NCBI RefSeq assembly: GCF_012926615.1
Contig: NZ_JABBNU010000010.1
Location: 114,629 to 178,628 of the forward strand
Origin: Marinigracilibium pacificum
GTDB taxonomy: Bacteria > Bacteroidota > Bacteroidia > Cytophagales > Cyclobacteriaceae
Direction of reading: 5' to 3'
DNA length: 64,000 nucleotides
In this document: positions 18,568 to 29,090 of the stretch, in pieces
Position numbering within the stretch: position 1 is the stretch's first letter
How the letters are laid out: each line of letters opens with the position of its first letter
Notes under the pieces: generated by a model
Database searches by the model: none
Told to the model about the DNA's origin: nothing
Seen by the model: only the letters and a program-made list of their open reading frames with translations
Program-made: the position numbers and the translations under genes

Positions 18568-19829
18568 CTTACAGTATGAATTTTATCTGAAGCATCGATC
18601 AAATTGAGGATTTCATTATCGTAATCCTCTTTTTTCATGTTCTCGGATATTGTTACGGCCTTTTCCTTATATGATGCATTTAACATTAAACCTAATATTT
18701 TCGGCTCCAGTTTTTCAGGAGTAATTTTCCCTATTTTGTCACCTTTTGGACCTGCTCCGGCATCATATATCAACTTATTCCATAAGAATTGATCAATGAT
18801 ATGTGGAATAATTAACGTTGGACATCCAAACTTCAATCCCATGTGGGTAGTTCCTGAGCCTCCATGATGTATTACCGCATAAACCTTTTTAAAAATCCAG
18901 TCATAGGGTATTTCCGAAACAAAATGAAACAAATTATGGTCGTAAAAACCTGGTTCAACTAATCCTCCGGAAGCCGTATTAAATATGGCTGGAATGTTAT
19001 TCTTTGCTAATACATCCATAAAAATCTTCGTTTTCTTTTCAGGCTCAGGGTTGGTCATGCTTCCAAACGTTATGAACAATATCTTTTTATGGTTATTTAA
19101 GAAATCTATCAATTTAGTATCCGGCTCCCAGTCAGATTTAGATTTTCGTTGTCGATAACCAAGCACTTTTATCTTTTCATTATTTTCAATTTTAAATAAC
19201 TGAGGGGAAATTGAATAAATAAGACTGCGGTTTTTTAGAATGGACTTTACTTGATTTTTATTGATTCTTTTTTCGCCCACCCATTTCAAAGAGGTCATAA
19301 TAGTTTGCAATAACCCAAACTCTGCAATCTTAAATGTCATTTTATTCAAAAACTCACCATAGTTACTATTAAATGCTAAATGGGTATGTCCTTTAACATA
19401 ATGCAGATAAGGTACCGGACTGACCATAATTGTACTTCCAGGTTTTTTAATTTCCCAAATAACAGGGTATAATGTCTTCGGGTGATAAACTATTTTATCA
19501 GGGTTTATCTCATTAATCACATCAATCTGATCCTGAAACATTTTCTTGTTAATCTCTCTACTTACTTTAGCTAGTTTTATATATGACCTGATTTTATTGA
19601 CCTGATTCAAATCACTTCCCATAACTGACTTGCCTAAATCAGAATCCAGTAATTCTATAAATTCAGGCCCAAGAGTTTCAAACCTCATATTAGAATTAAC
19701 CACTAAATCTCTGAATTGCTCCGGAAATAAACATGTAACATTATATCCCCTGGTAACAAGCAAATCTCCTATTGCTAAAAATGGCTCTATATCACCTCTG
19801 GATCCTATCGCAGTTAGTAGTATTTTCAT
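18564..19829 (-). CDS. GT1-family UDP-glycosyltransferase (MGT/UDPGT-like)
   Basis: MKILLTAIGSRGDIEPF N-terminus. C-terminal AVIHHGGSGTTHMGLKFGCPTLIIPHIIDQFLW UDPGT signature. Confidence 0.8.
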   Translation of the reverse strand: MKILLTAIGSRGDIEPFLAIGDLLVTRGYNVTCLFPEQFRDLVVNSNMRFETLGPEFIELLDSDLGKSVMGSDLNQVNKIRSYIKLAKVSREINKKMFQDQIDVINEINPDKIVYHPKTLYPVIWEIKKPGSTIMVSPVPYLHYVKGHTHLAFNSNYGEFLNKMTFKIAEFGLLQTIMTSLKWVGEKRINKNQVKSILKNRSLIYSISPQLFKIENNEKIKVLGYRQRKSKSDWEPDTKLIDFLNNHKKILFITFGSMTNPEPEKKTKIFMDVLAKNNIPAIFNTASGGLVEPGFYDHNLFHFVSEIPYDWIFKKVYAVIHHGGSGTTHMGLKFGCPTLIIPHIIDQFLWNKLIYDAGAGPKGDKIGKITPEKLEPKILGLMLNASYKEKAVTISENMKKEDYDNEILNLIDASDKIHTVS

Positions 19830-19962
19830 GTGAGATTAAGGTATAAACTATCTATTAATTGTCACAAATAAAACTATATAAATATTAAGCCATCTATATA
19901 AAATACCTTTCAACGACATTTTGCATTTGTTAAATTCACTTTCAACTTAAATAGCAACCAAT

Positions 19963-20697
19963 ATGAAGTTAAATCAGGAATATATATCAACTATTGAGCT
20001 GGAACATCAACTCTGGAAATTACGAATGAGTCAATCGCCTTCTTTGATAAATAAAGCAACTAAAGATCTCCAGCATAAAATCAATACACTTATTCCCGAC
20101 AAAGTTCATGATGTCATTACCAAAGCTATAAAAGAGATAACACGAGCGGTAATATTCGGAGCTGAGTACTCTACATTCAAGCAAAGAAATTTTGCCACAC
20201 TTTCCGATGCCGAACTTTTTGCTCAAAAAAGAATTGATTTCTACGCATCCTCTTCAGCAGCCGAAGGAGCAATTACCGGTTTTGGTGGCTTTATTTCCGG
20301 GTTAGCAGACTTTCCTCTTTGGCTATCACTAAAAATGAAAATGTTATTTGAATTAGCTAACAGTTATGGATATGACATCACAGATTATAAGGAGCGTTTG
20401 TATATTCTTCATATCTTTCAATTAACATTTTCAAGCCAAAAAAACCGTAATAAGCTATTTGAAATCATGAAAAACTGGGAAGAAAATTCTGAAACTCTCC
20501 CTGCTGACATTAATGACTTTGACTGGAAAACGTTCCAACTTGAATATCGTGATTTTATTGACCTGGCAAAGCTAATTCAGTTAATCCCTGGCGTTGGGGC
20601 CATAGCAGGTGCATATGTTAATCACAAATACACCAAAATGCTGGGACGATATGCTATGAATGCCTACCGTATGCGACTAGACATCATGGGCACCTGA
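19963..20697 (+). CDS. EcsC-family protein
   Basis: AAEGAITGFGGFISGLADFPLWLSLKMKMLFELANSYGYD...IPGVGAIAGAYVNHKYTKMLG resembles EcsC (PF12787). Confidence 0.45.
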   Translation: MKLNQEYISTIELEHQLWKLRMSQSPSLINKATKDLQHKINTLIPDKVHDVITKAIKEITRAVIFGAEYSTFKQRNFATLSDAELFAQKRIDFYASSSAAEGAITGFGGFISGLADFPLWLSLKMKMLFELANSYGYDITDYKERLYILHIFQLTFSSQKNRNKLFEIMKNWEENSETLPADINDFDWKTFQLEYRDFIDLAKLIQLIPGVGAIAGAYVNHKYTKMLGRYAMNAYRMRLDIMGT

Positions 20698-20925
20698 ATA
20701 TGAAGGATCTGTCTCATACATTTCATCTATTTGATTTTTATACTTTTCTTCAATTACTCTTCTTTTTAATTTAAGTGTCGGTGTTAATTCTGCTTCATGC
20801 CCATTTGATTGCATAAAAGTCCATGGAATTGAAATGAGCTTAAATTTTTTAATCTTTTCTGTATGACTAAGACCTTCATTTACCTTGGAAACGATTTCAT
20901 GGTAATGATCTATCACTCTGGGCAA
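20677..20925 (-). pseudogene. remnant: C-terminal ~70 aa of an AMP-dependent acyl-CoA synthetase (FadD-like)
   Basis: NGHEAELTPTLKLKRRVIEEKY is the conserved extreme C-terminus of long-chain acyl-CoA ligases. No upstream AMP-binding domain. Confidence 0.6.
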
Positions 20926-21188
20926 TTGAATAATATCAGATAATTAACTGCAAAACAACAAAGAGCTGTCATCATCCTCCAGACCGCTAATGATATACTT
21001 ACAATATTAACCCTGTTGCTTTTATCAGCCCGTCGTGCTAATGTAATTCCGAGAATTACATAGAAAAAAGCAAATGCAAGTCCTGTTAATAAACCCAATT
21101 GTGTATCTGACAGACCTAATTCCAGCTTAACAGACTCCTGAAGAATCACAAGTATTTTGCCGATCAATAAAACCAAAAATATAAACAC
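20913..21188 (-). pseudogene. remnant: N-terminal ~90 aa of an MFS transporter
   Basis: LGLSDTQLGLLTGLAFAFFY...LARRADKSNRVNI (MFS motif A) then a premature stop after about 3 TM. Confidence 0.6.
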
Positions 21189-21261
21189 CAGTCAGAGCTA
21201 ATAAAATATACTTTTTATACCCTTTACTATAACTTTCACGGCTGATAGTTGCTTCTATGGT

Positions 21262-21440
21262 TTCCATATTTATAAGTCAGGGGAAAGGATTAAGTCTGGT
21301 TTGCTCAGATGAAGAGTTATCAAACACCCGCTTGTCTATATCATAAATAAAAACAGAAAAACCACTGATAGCAGCCCGAAGACCAATACGTGTCCCCATT
21401 GTACCGCCCCCTAGAATTGTCACAGTTTTAATTTCATTTG
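21262..21440 (-). pseudogene. remnant: N-terminal NAD-binding segment of a 3-hydroxyacyl-CoA dehydrogenase
   Basis: Hand-translated MITDPNEIKTVTILGGGTMGTRIGLRAAISGFSVFIYDIDK (Rossmann GxGxxG of HADH/FadB N-terminus), then divergence and a stop at ~59 aa. Not in the ORF track (below length cut-off). Confidence 0.5.
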
Positions 21441-21458
21441 GATCAGTTATCATAATTA

Positions 21459-22523
21459 TTACTTTAAATGACTAATACGTTTATACTCAATTGCCCGATA
21501 AGCGGTATCAGCGCATCCCTCCAAAACGAATTTCAGCTGAGCAAAACGAGGATCTTTCGTCAGTCCTTTCTTGTATCTGGCATAAATTTGCTGAACGATT
21601 ACACCTATTTTAAAAAGTCCGAAGACATAGTAAAACAGAATATCATCAACATTTCTTCCAGTTTGATCAGCATAATGATCAACAAACTCCTGCCTTGTCA
21701 GATTACCGGGTAACCAGGTCAGGTTATATTTCAGCGCCGGATTGTCATCGGCTTCAGCCCAGTAGCCTAATGAGGTTCCTACATCCATAAGCGGGTCACC
21801 AATAGTGGCCATTTCCCAATCCAGAATTGCCATTATCGAAGTGAGGTCATCAGAATCTAAAACAAGATTATCGTACTTAAAATCATTATGGATCAACGTC
21901 GGGTTTTCATATTCCGGAATCTGATCATTCATCCATTCGGAAACAAAATTCATTTTAGGAATATCATCTGTTTCTGCAGCAAAATATCGTTTTATCCACC
22001 CTTTTACCTGTCTGACATTGTAGCCTTCAGGTTTACCTAATGTTTCCAACCCATCTATTAATGGTAATCCATGTAGTTCCACCATTTTATTGACAGTATT
22101 GATCGAAAGGTTTTTCATTACAGAAGAACTAAGATTCAATCCTTCAGGTGGTTTACTCCTAAGAATCACACCTTTTACCCTCTCCATTATGTAGAATGGC
22201 GCACCGATAACATTCTCATCCTCACAATAAAGAACTGGTTTTGGTACATAAGAATATTTTTTCATCAAAAGCGAAAGAACTTTAAATTCTCTTCCCATAT
22301 CATGAGCAGATTTGATGTTTGCTCCTATAGGAGGTCTTCGCATCACGTATTCTTTGCCATTGCAAATAAGAAGATAAGTTAAATTTGAAAAGCCGCTGGG
22401 AAATTGCTTCACTTCAAAATTATCTACAGATAGTTCCGAATGTGATTCTAAATAGTCCTTCAGACTTGAAAAATCAGTCTGTACAGTAATTTCCCCTGCA
22501 TGATCTAAGTGAGATCCACTCAT
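21459..22523 (-). CDS. phosphotransferase-family (APH-like) kinase associated with acyl-CoA dehydrogenase
   Basis: Catalytic HNDFKYDNLVLD and DWEMATIGDPLMD motifs. 4-nt overlap with upstream ACAD gene. Confidence 0.7.
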   Translation of the reverse strand: MSGSHLDHAGEITVQTDFSSLKDYLESHSELSVDNFEVKQFPSGFSNLTYLLICNGKEYVMRRPPIGANIKSAHDMGREFKVLSLLMKKYSYVPKPVLYCEDENVIGAPFYIMERVKGVILRSKPPEGLNLSSSVMKNLSINTVNKMVELHGLPLIDGLETLGKPEGYNVRQVKGWIKRYFAAETDDIPKMNFVSEWMNDQIPEYENPTLIHNDFKYDNLVLDSDDLTSIMAILDWEMATIGDPLMDVGTSLGYWAEADDNPALKYNLTWLPGNLTRQEFVDHYADQTGRNVDDILFYYVFGLFKIGVIVQQIYARYKKGLTKDPRFAQLKFVLEGCADTAYRAIEYKRISHLK

Positions 22524-23731
22524 ATTTTCTTCGAATTAAATCCATAATCTTTTAAAATACTTCTGGCCAATGATGCTTTATGCACTTCATCGGGTCCATC
22601 ATAAATTCTTGCTGCCCGCTCATGACGATACCAATGGGAAATGATCGAATCATCAGTCATTCCCAGAGCACCATGGGTCTGTAGTGCTTTATCTAATACT
22701 TCGAGCATAATATTGGCAACAAAAAATTTGATTGCGGATATTTCATGTCTGGCACTTTTAGACCCTTCCTGATCAATTTTGTATGCTGCATGCAATACAG
22801 AATACCGCGCAGCATTGATTGACGCCCTGCTTTCTGCTATCCAATTTTGAATTGTCTGCTTATGAGCAAGGCATGTATCACCACCTAATGATCTGGACAC
22901 TGCTCGTTTACACATCAAATCCAATGATCGCTCTGCTATCCCTATCCATCGCATACAATGATGTATCCGGCCTGGACCTAATCGTTGTTGTGCCAGCATA
23001 AATCCAGCTCCTTCTTCTCCAATAAGGTTTTCTACCGGCACCCTGCAATTTTCATATCTGATTTCAGCATGACTACTGTGTCCTTCTCCCGCTTCACCCA
23101 TAATTGGTATATTTCTCAACAAGTTAAAACCCGGATTATCAGTAGGGACAATGATCATACTTGCTCTTTTGTATGGTGATTCTTCTGGATTAGTTACCGC
23201 CATTACAATGGCAAAAGCAGACCCGTCAGCAGCAGTTGTAAACCATTTGTTTCCATTGATCACATACTCATTCCCTTCCTTCTTAGCGATTGTTCCCATA
23301 TTTACCGGATTAGACCCGGCAAACTCAGGTTCGGTCATTGAGAAACAAGAACGGATATTACCATGAATAAGGGGTTCAAGATATTTTTCTTTTAATTGAT
23401 TCGTGGCATATTTACTCATCAACTCAATATTTCCTATATCGGGAGCCTGGCAATTCAGGCAATAATGCCCATGTACAGTTCTTGCCAGCAGTTCACTTAC
23501 CTGGGCAAATTCTACCAGATTCAACCCTGCTCCGCCTTCATCTTCAGGCAAATAAGGCGTCCAGATACCTAACTTTTTAGCAAGAGCTCGTTTTTCATTC
23601 AAAACTGCCTCAACCTCAAAAAAAGGCTTACTCAAAAATTCTGCTTCAAGAGGTATCAGTTCCTCTTCTACGAAAGCTTTAACCTTGGGATAGATCCTTT
23701 TCAATCTATCGGTTGCGAATATATCTACCAT
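22520..23731 (-). CDS. acyl-CoA dehydrogenase (ACAD10/11-like)
   Basis: CFSMTEPEFAGSNP...NGNKWFTT...IYDGPDEVH are ACAD family hallmarks. Confidence 0.8.
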   Translation of the reverse strand: MVDIFATDRLKRIYPKVKAFVEEELIPLEAEFLSKPFFEVEAVLNEKRALAKKLGIWTPYLPEDEGGAGLNLVEFAQVSELLARTVHGHYCLNCQAPDIGNIELMSKYATNQLKEKYLEPLIHGNIRSCFSMTEPEFAGSNPVNMGTIAKKEGNEYVINGNKWFTTAADGSAFAIVMAVTNPEESPYKRASMIIVPTDNPGFNLLRNIPIMGEAGEGHSSHAEIRYENCRVPVENLIGEEGAGFMLAQQRLGPGRIHHCMRWIGIAERSLDLMCKRAVSRSLGGDTCLAHKQTIQNWIAESRASINAARYSVLHAAYKIDQEGSKSARHEISAIKFFVANIMLEVLDKALQTHGALGMTDDSIISHWYRHERAARIYDGPDEVHKASLARSILKDYGFNSKKI

Positions 23732-23753
23732 TTCAACCTATTTTAAATGAGCA

Positions 23754-24521
23754 TTAAATTACATATCCACCATCAGCCACATAAACACCCCCGGTACAAA
23801 ATGAAGATGCTTCCGAAGCAAGAAACAATGCCAAACCAGCAATATCTTCCGGTTCTGCTACCTTTGGCAGTGCTTGTTTAGCCATTACATGGTCAAAAGT
23901 CTTTTTATCCTCAAGCAGAGCAGCACTAAATTTGGTCTTAACCAGTCCGGGACAAATCACATTGCATCGTACATTTGCTCGTCCCCATTCACGCGCCATA
24001 ACCTTTGTTAAAGCAATTAAAGCCGACTTTGAAACGCTATATAGACCCAAACCGGGTCCGGGGGTAATTCCTTCGATACTACTGATATTGATAACCGAGC
24101 CTCCACCCCGTGATTTCATAGAATCATACGCTTTACGCGCCAATTCAAACGGACCTTTAACATTTACATCCATTATTTTATCAAATATCATACTGTCAAC
24201 ATCTTTAATTGGCCCATATGCCGGATTTATCGCTGCATTATTAACTACGATATCGATACCACCATAAACCTCTCTGGTTTTTTCAACAAGCTGATCGATT
24301 TGTTGCATATCACCCATGTGAGCTGCAATTCCGATCGCTTCGAATCCCTGCTTTTTTAATTCATCGGCAACTTCATCAACAGCTTCTTGTTTCCTGCTTG
24401 AAATCACTACTTTGGCACCATTCATTGCGAGAATTTGCGCGATTGCAAGTCCAATACCCTTGCTCGCTCCGGTTACAATAGCAACCTTATCTGTCAGATT
24501 GAATGTATTATTATCTTTCAT
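23754..24521 (-). CDS. SDR-family oxidoreductase
   Basis: VAIVTGASKGIGLAIA (TGxxxGxG). NNAA. YSVSKSAL (YxxxK). Confidence 0.85.
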   Translation of the reverse strand: MKDNNTFNLTDKVAIVTGASKGIGLAIAQILAMNGAKVVISSRKQEAVDEVADELKKQGFEAIGIAAHMGDMQQIDQLVEKTREVYGGIDIVVNNAAINPAYGPIKDVDSMIFDKIMDVNVKGPFELARKAYDSMKSRGGGSVINISSIEGITPGPGLGLYSVSKSALIALTKVMAREWGRANVRCNVICPGLVKTKFSAALLEDKKTFDHVMAKQALPKVAEPEDIAGLALFLASEASSFCTGGVYVADGGYVI

Positions 24522-24649
24522 GTTTTAAAATTTGACTACGAGTCAATTTATTAAAATAGATAATCATTTACAACTTATTTTTAACAACTTATTATACTGA
24601 AATTGAATAATTTACGAGGTTTTATTATTTTTGACTAAAAGTCGATTAT

Positions 24650-25303
24650 ATGGCCACAAATAAAAGACAACAAAAAGAAGAGATTATCATAAATGCAGCT
24701 GAAAAAGTCTTTTTCAGCCAAGGATATTCTCAAGCCCGAATGGAAGATGTAGCAAAAGAAGCCGGCATGAGTAAAGCTTCATTGTATTTCTATTTCTCCA
24801 GTCGTGAAGAGATCTATCTAGCTATTACTATGCGGGCTCTGGAGCTTTTGATCAATTCTTACTACAAATCTATCGCCGACACAAAAGATGGTAATGGATT
24901 TGATACTGTAATGGCTACTTTTAAGGCTTACCTCTCATTCAGTGAAAATCATTTTCATTATCACGAAGCTCTCTTCGATTATATGTCGATGGTGAGAAAT
25001 GATTTTAAAGATTTCAATAAGGACCTTGAAAGCAGTATTTACTTCCTCAAACTTAAAGACATGCATAATTTGCCTTTAGAGATAGTAGTAAAAGAGATTG
25101 ATAAAGGAAAACAAGATGGTTCCATTACAAACCCTTCACCTTCAAGTATGATGTACCTGACTAGCTGGGCATTAATTGCAGGTTACATAAAACTTCAATA
25201 CTATGGCGACAAGAAAAGAAAGAGCATTTATAAAGTAAATAGCGACGAATGGAAAAATTACATCATAAACATGGCTGAAATAATGCTTAAAAAACCAAGT
25301 TAG
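24650..25303 (+). CDS. TetR-family transcriptional regulator
   Basis: N-terminal HTH ARMEDVAKEAGMSKASLYFYFSSREEIY. Confidence 0.8.
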   Translation: MATNKRQQKEEIIINAAEKVFFSQGYSQARMEDVAKEAGMSKASLYFYFSSREEIYLAITMRALELLINSYYKSIADTKDGNGFDTVMATFKAYLSFSENHFHYHEALFDYMSMVRNDFKDFNKDLESSIYFLKLKDMHNLPLEIVVKEIDKGKQDGSITNPSPSSMMYLTSWALIAGYIKLQYYGDKKRKSIYKVNSDEWKNYIINMAEIMLKKPS

Positions 25304-25400
25304 AGTGAAATTTTACATGGCATCTATTTCTTTATGACTACCTTCTGGCAGATCAGAATTTGTTAAAAAGCGATCTACTTTCTGGTATTTATTGAACCTA

Positions 25401-25856
25401 TTAATTCATCAGCATTATATTCCAGATTGCGGTACAAGCTGGTTTTTCAACATCTTTGATTTCAACGATACAACTCCATGTTACATGAATGCCTTTTCCA
25501 TCCCTTTTTTCGACATCATCAATTTTAGCCTTCAACCGTATCTGATCACCGGATCTCACCGGATGAGGAAATCTTATTTTTTCAAATCCATAATTAATCC
25601 CCATGGAAATATCTTCAACTTGTAATACTTCCTTCATCAAACTTGAAAGCATAGAAAGTGATAAAAACCCATGGGCGATAGTCCTTTTAAATGGTGATTG
25701 CTCCTTTGCCTTATCAGGATCAACATGGATCCACTGGTGGTCATCAGTAGCATCAGCGAATATATTTATTCTGTCCTGATTGATTTTAACCCAGAGCGAA
25801 GGCGTTAATTCCTCATTGATCAGTGACTTAATATCTTTTAATTTAACTACCCTCAT
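25401..25856 (-). CDS. MaoC-like (R)-specific enoyl-CoA hydratase/dehydratase (hotdog)
   Basis: FADATDDHQWIHVDPDKAKEQSPFKRTIAHGFLSLS is the MaoC dehydratase signature. Confidence 0.8.
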   Translation of the reverse strand: MRVVKLKDIKSLINEELTPSLWVKINQDRINIFADATDDHQWIHVDPDKAKEQSPFKRTIAHGFLSLSMLSSLMKEVLQVEDISMGINYGFEKIRFPHPVRSGDQIRLKAKIDDVEKRDGKGIHVTWSCIVEIKDVEKPACTAIWNIMLMN

Positions 25857-26839
25857 CCTTTACCCATTTCAATGACTACTTTCCCTTTGACATTTCTTGA
25901 AATGATTTCTTCCAAGGCCAAAGAAGCTTCTTTCAATGGATAAATTTGATGTATTCTTGGTTTAAGCCTTCCGGTAGCCAACATGGTGAGTAGTTCTTTA
26001 GAGTTTTGGAAATTCTGCTTTGGAAACTTTGTAGCAAAATTGCCCCAGAACACTCCCCTGATATCACAACTTTTTAGTAGCGGTAGATTTAAAAGAATTT
26101 CAGGGATTTTACCCGATGCAAATCCAACCACCAACAACCTTCCCTCCCAGGCACTTGCTCTTAACGCAGCCTCAGTATATTTACCACCAACAGGATCATA
26201 GATCACATCTGCACCTTTTCCATCAGTCAATTCTTTAATGCGTGTTTTCAGATCTTCAGTGGAATAATTAATCGTTTCATGGGCTCCATATTCTTTACAA
26301 ATCTCTAATTTTTGATCTGACGAAGCAGCTGCAATTACATTGCAGCCCATCAATCTACCAAGTTCTACAGCAGCCAGTCCAACTCCTCCGGCTGCGCCTA
26401 AAACAACCAACGACTCTCCTTCTTTCACCATCGCCCTGTCTTTCAGTGCATGGTAAGATGTGCCATAAGCCATCATAAAAGATGCAGCAACCGGAAAATC
26501 TATATTTGGAGGTAATTTAAAGCAATGAGTTGCCGGTATCACAATTCGTTCGGCGAAACCTCCGGTTTGAGTAAAACCAAATATTCTGTCTCCAACCTCC
26601 AGATGATTCACGTTTTCACCTTTCTCCAAAACAACTCCGGCTATATCACTACCCGGAATAAAAGGTAATTCAGGCTTGACCTGATATAACCCCTGAATGA
26701 TCAAGGTATCCGGAAAATTCACTCCACAAGCTTTAATTTCTATCAATACTTCATTTTCTGAAGGAGATTCAGGATCTGAAATTTCTTCAAACTTTAAAGT
26801 CGAAGGCGGACCAAAACTATTACAACGAATTGCTTTCAT
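25853..26839 (-). CDS. NADPH:quinone oxidoreductase / MDR-family zinc-type alcohol dehydrogenase-like
   Basis: GAAGGVGLAAVELGRLMG Rossmann motif. MDR fold. ATGA overlap with the MaoC gene. Confidence 0.8.
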   Translation of the reverse strand: MKAIRCNSFGPPSTLKFEEISDPESPSENEVLIEIKACGVNFPDTLIIQGLYQVKPELPFIPGSDIAGVVLEKGENVNHLEVGDRIFGFTQTGGFAERIVIPATHCFKLPPNIDFPVAASFMMAYGTSYHALKDRAMVKEGESLVVLGAAGGVGLAAVELGRLMGCNVIAAASSDQKLEICKEYGAHETINYSTEDLKTRIKELTDGKGADVIYDPVGGKYTEAALRASAWEGRLLVVGFASGKIPEILLNLPLLKSCDIRGVFWGNFATKFPKQNFQNSKELLTMLATGRLKPRIHQIYPLKEASLALEEIISRNVKGKVVIEMGKG

Positions 26840-26953
26840 AAAAACATTAATTACTTCAGTTCAAAAACTCTTTTAAAATAGCCTGATAATTTATCAACTA
26901 CAACTTCTTTATTTTCAACATCGATCCCGGCAAGAATCTTAGCCAACCTTTTT

Positions 26954-27172
26954 TTATATTCCAGCTGCATGAGTGGTATTAGCAATAAAAACAATTGCAC
27001 CTACTAGGGCAGTTCCGTCATCAGTGTCACAAATACGTCCTTGAATGATAGTCTGGGCATGTATATCAAAGAATGATAACAGCATTAGAATTGCTACCTG
27101 ATTTTGAATCTTTAATAATTGGTTTTTCAAATCATGTTGGGTTGATAACGTGTTCAAATTAAAATATACCAT
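26954..27172 (-). pseudogene. remnant: N-terminus of a TonB-dependent (SusC-like) receptor
   Basis: Signal peptide then QTIIQGRICDTDDGTALVGAIVFIANTT resembling the CarboxypepD_reg-like N-terminal domain. ORF stops after 72 aa. Confidence 0.35.
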
Positions 27173-27551
27173 GTTCCAATCTTAATATAAGTCATTGATT
27201 TTCCGGACGTTTCCAATTAATTGAAAGATTTTTTAAAATTTTATTGATGTATATAACAAGAAAGGCAGAATTATTATCTGAATAATGAGAAATTACACAA
27301 ATACATATTAATAGATTTTATTCTTTAGGGTAAAACAAGAGGAATATAAGAGAGAATAAATACAATTTACAAATAGCTTGAGCTGCTATGTTAATTTCAA
27401 TTAAAATTATTAAAGGAAAATCAGGAAGCACCAATCATATCCAAAAAAGCAATAAAGTAACCTTTAAACTCTTTTATGTTAAAAGTTATTTTTAATCAAA
27501 TCAATAGAATTGATTTTCTCAATAATTAGTTGAATTCATATAAAATCGCAA

Positions 27552-27836
27552 TTACACAAGATCAAATGCAAGAGCAAATCGATACAGCTCCATTACATTC
27601 CGAACAGCTAATTTTCTGTTAATATTTTTTCTGTGTTGCTCAACCGTTGACCTACTAATAAATAATTGATCAGAAATATCTTTGTTATTTAAACCGTCGA
27701 TTACCAGTTCAATTATTTCCTTCTCTCTGGGAGTCAATTTTTGAAACTGATTAATATGACTTAGCCTAAACTCTTCCTGTTTAATTATTCTCCTTATCTT
27801 ATGATCTAACGGATTAGCATAAATTGTACTTCTCAT
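27552..27836 (-). CDS. stand-alone LuxR-type HTH transcriptional regulator (no receiver domain)
   Basis: LTPREKEIIELVIDGLNNKDISDQLFISRSTVEQHRKNINRKL is a LuxR/GerE HTH. Only 94 aa. Confidence 0.6.
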   Translation of the reverse strand: MRSTIYANPLDHKIRRIIKQEEFRLSHINQFQKLTPREKEIIELVIDGLNNKDISDQLFISRSTVEQHRKNINRKLAVRNVMELYRFALAFDLV

Positions 27837-27980
27837 AGTTGACAGATAGATTCGTTTAACTTATGATGTAACCCCTTACATAGTAGAATTGAGGATATAT
27901 TTATTCAATTTACAAAATGATCTACAAAAAATTAAATTTATTATTAACAAATCACCATGAATTAGAATAATTATTTCTTC

Positions 27981-29090
27981 TTAATTAACATCAGGACTTA
28001 TAAACAAGTAACTATACCAATACCAATTATTATTGCGATCGGGAACTGTAATCGTAAATAAAACTCTTCGTCTATTTACGATTAATTCTTTGGGCTGAAT
28101 AATAACTCTAACCAAACCTTTATCATTAATACTTATCTGTGATTTACATTCACTACCCTGAATAAAACATTGTAATCGATCAATTATTAATTCACCCTTA
28201 TCAAATAAAACCTCAAGTTTCTGATCACTCTGGTCTTCTAAATCAAACAATAATGGAGATCCTTCTAAAATCTTTAATGGACTCATATTAGCTTTCTGAG
28301 CAAACCCCGATATATCTCCATAACTATCTGTCATTGGAAACCTTGGACAAATAAATTTGTCAGAATTTGAATGAATAACACCCGAGTTTTGCGCTGCAGC
28401 ACCAATAAATCCTAATTTCTTTATGATCGCTTTCATTTTTAAATCAAGCTCACCATATGGATAAGCGAATACTTTTGGCGATCTACCTAACTCATCTTTA
28501 ATTATGGACTGAGATAATTTCACCTCCTCTTCAAACTTCAAATGACGTTCATGAATTGGCAAGTTTAAAAAGTACTGATGAGAATGGGTATGATTCCCTA
28601 TTTCGACACCCCTTTTATTAACTTCTTTTATTTCAGTCCATGACATATAATCATCTTTACCTATTGTCGAAGTATTAATAAAAAGTGTAGCTGGGACTTT
28701 ATATTTAATTAATAGCGGAAAGGCATTCTTATAAAAACTTTTATACCCATCATCGATTGTTATAACTGCCACCTTATTTTCTGGTAAATCATTTTTTAAA
28801 TAATCTACTGCTTCAGAAAATGTTAACAACTTAAAATTATTCTCAGTTAAATACTTCAGATGACTCTCAAAACTCTCTATCGAAATATTCGTAGAAGGAA
28901 ACCTTTTGTCTCCAAATCGATGATATACAAATGACACCACCTCTTTTTCTGAATTTTGAACAATTGAATCTGTTTTTTCTTTCTTCCCTTCTTTTTCTGA
29001 TTCACTTCCACATGAAAACAACATGCATAAACATAAAAGTGCTACCAAATAACTATTCAAAAAACTCGGGATCGATTTGATAATTATCAT
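27981..29090 (-). CDS. polysaccharide deacetylase (NodB-homology) lipoprotein
   Basis: Lipobox LFSCGS. TIDDGYKS and HTHSH NodB motifs. Start ambiguous (29114/29105/29090). Overlaps the 3' end of the upstream glucosaminidase gene. Confidence 0.7.
   Translation of the reverse strand: MIIIKSIPSFLNSYLVALLCLCMLFSCGSESEKEGKKEKTDSIVQNSEKEVVSFVYHRFGDKRFPSTNISIESFESHLKYLTENNFKLLTFSEAVDYLKNDLPENKVAVITIDDGYKSFYKNAFPLLIKYKVPATLFINTSTIGKDDYMSWTEIKEVNKRGVEIGNHTHSHQYFLNLPIHERHLKFEEEVKLSQSIIKDELGRSPKVFAYPYGELDLKMKAIIKKLGFIGAAAQNSGVIHSNSDKFICPRFPMTDSYGDISGFAQKANMSPLKILEGSPLLFDLEDQSDQKLEVLFDKGELIIDRLQCFIQGSECKSQISINDKGLVRVIIQPKELIVNRRRVLFTITVPDRNNNWYWYSYLFISPDVN

Noticed and set aside
26853-26970. 39-aa minus-strand ORF (MQLEYKKRLAKILAGIDVENKEVVVDKLSGYFKRVFELK) immediately upstream of the quinone oxidoreductase gene
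   Set aside because: Too short and motif-less to support. It could be a leader peptide or noise, so not called.
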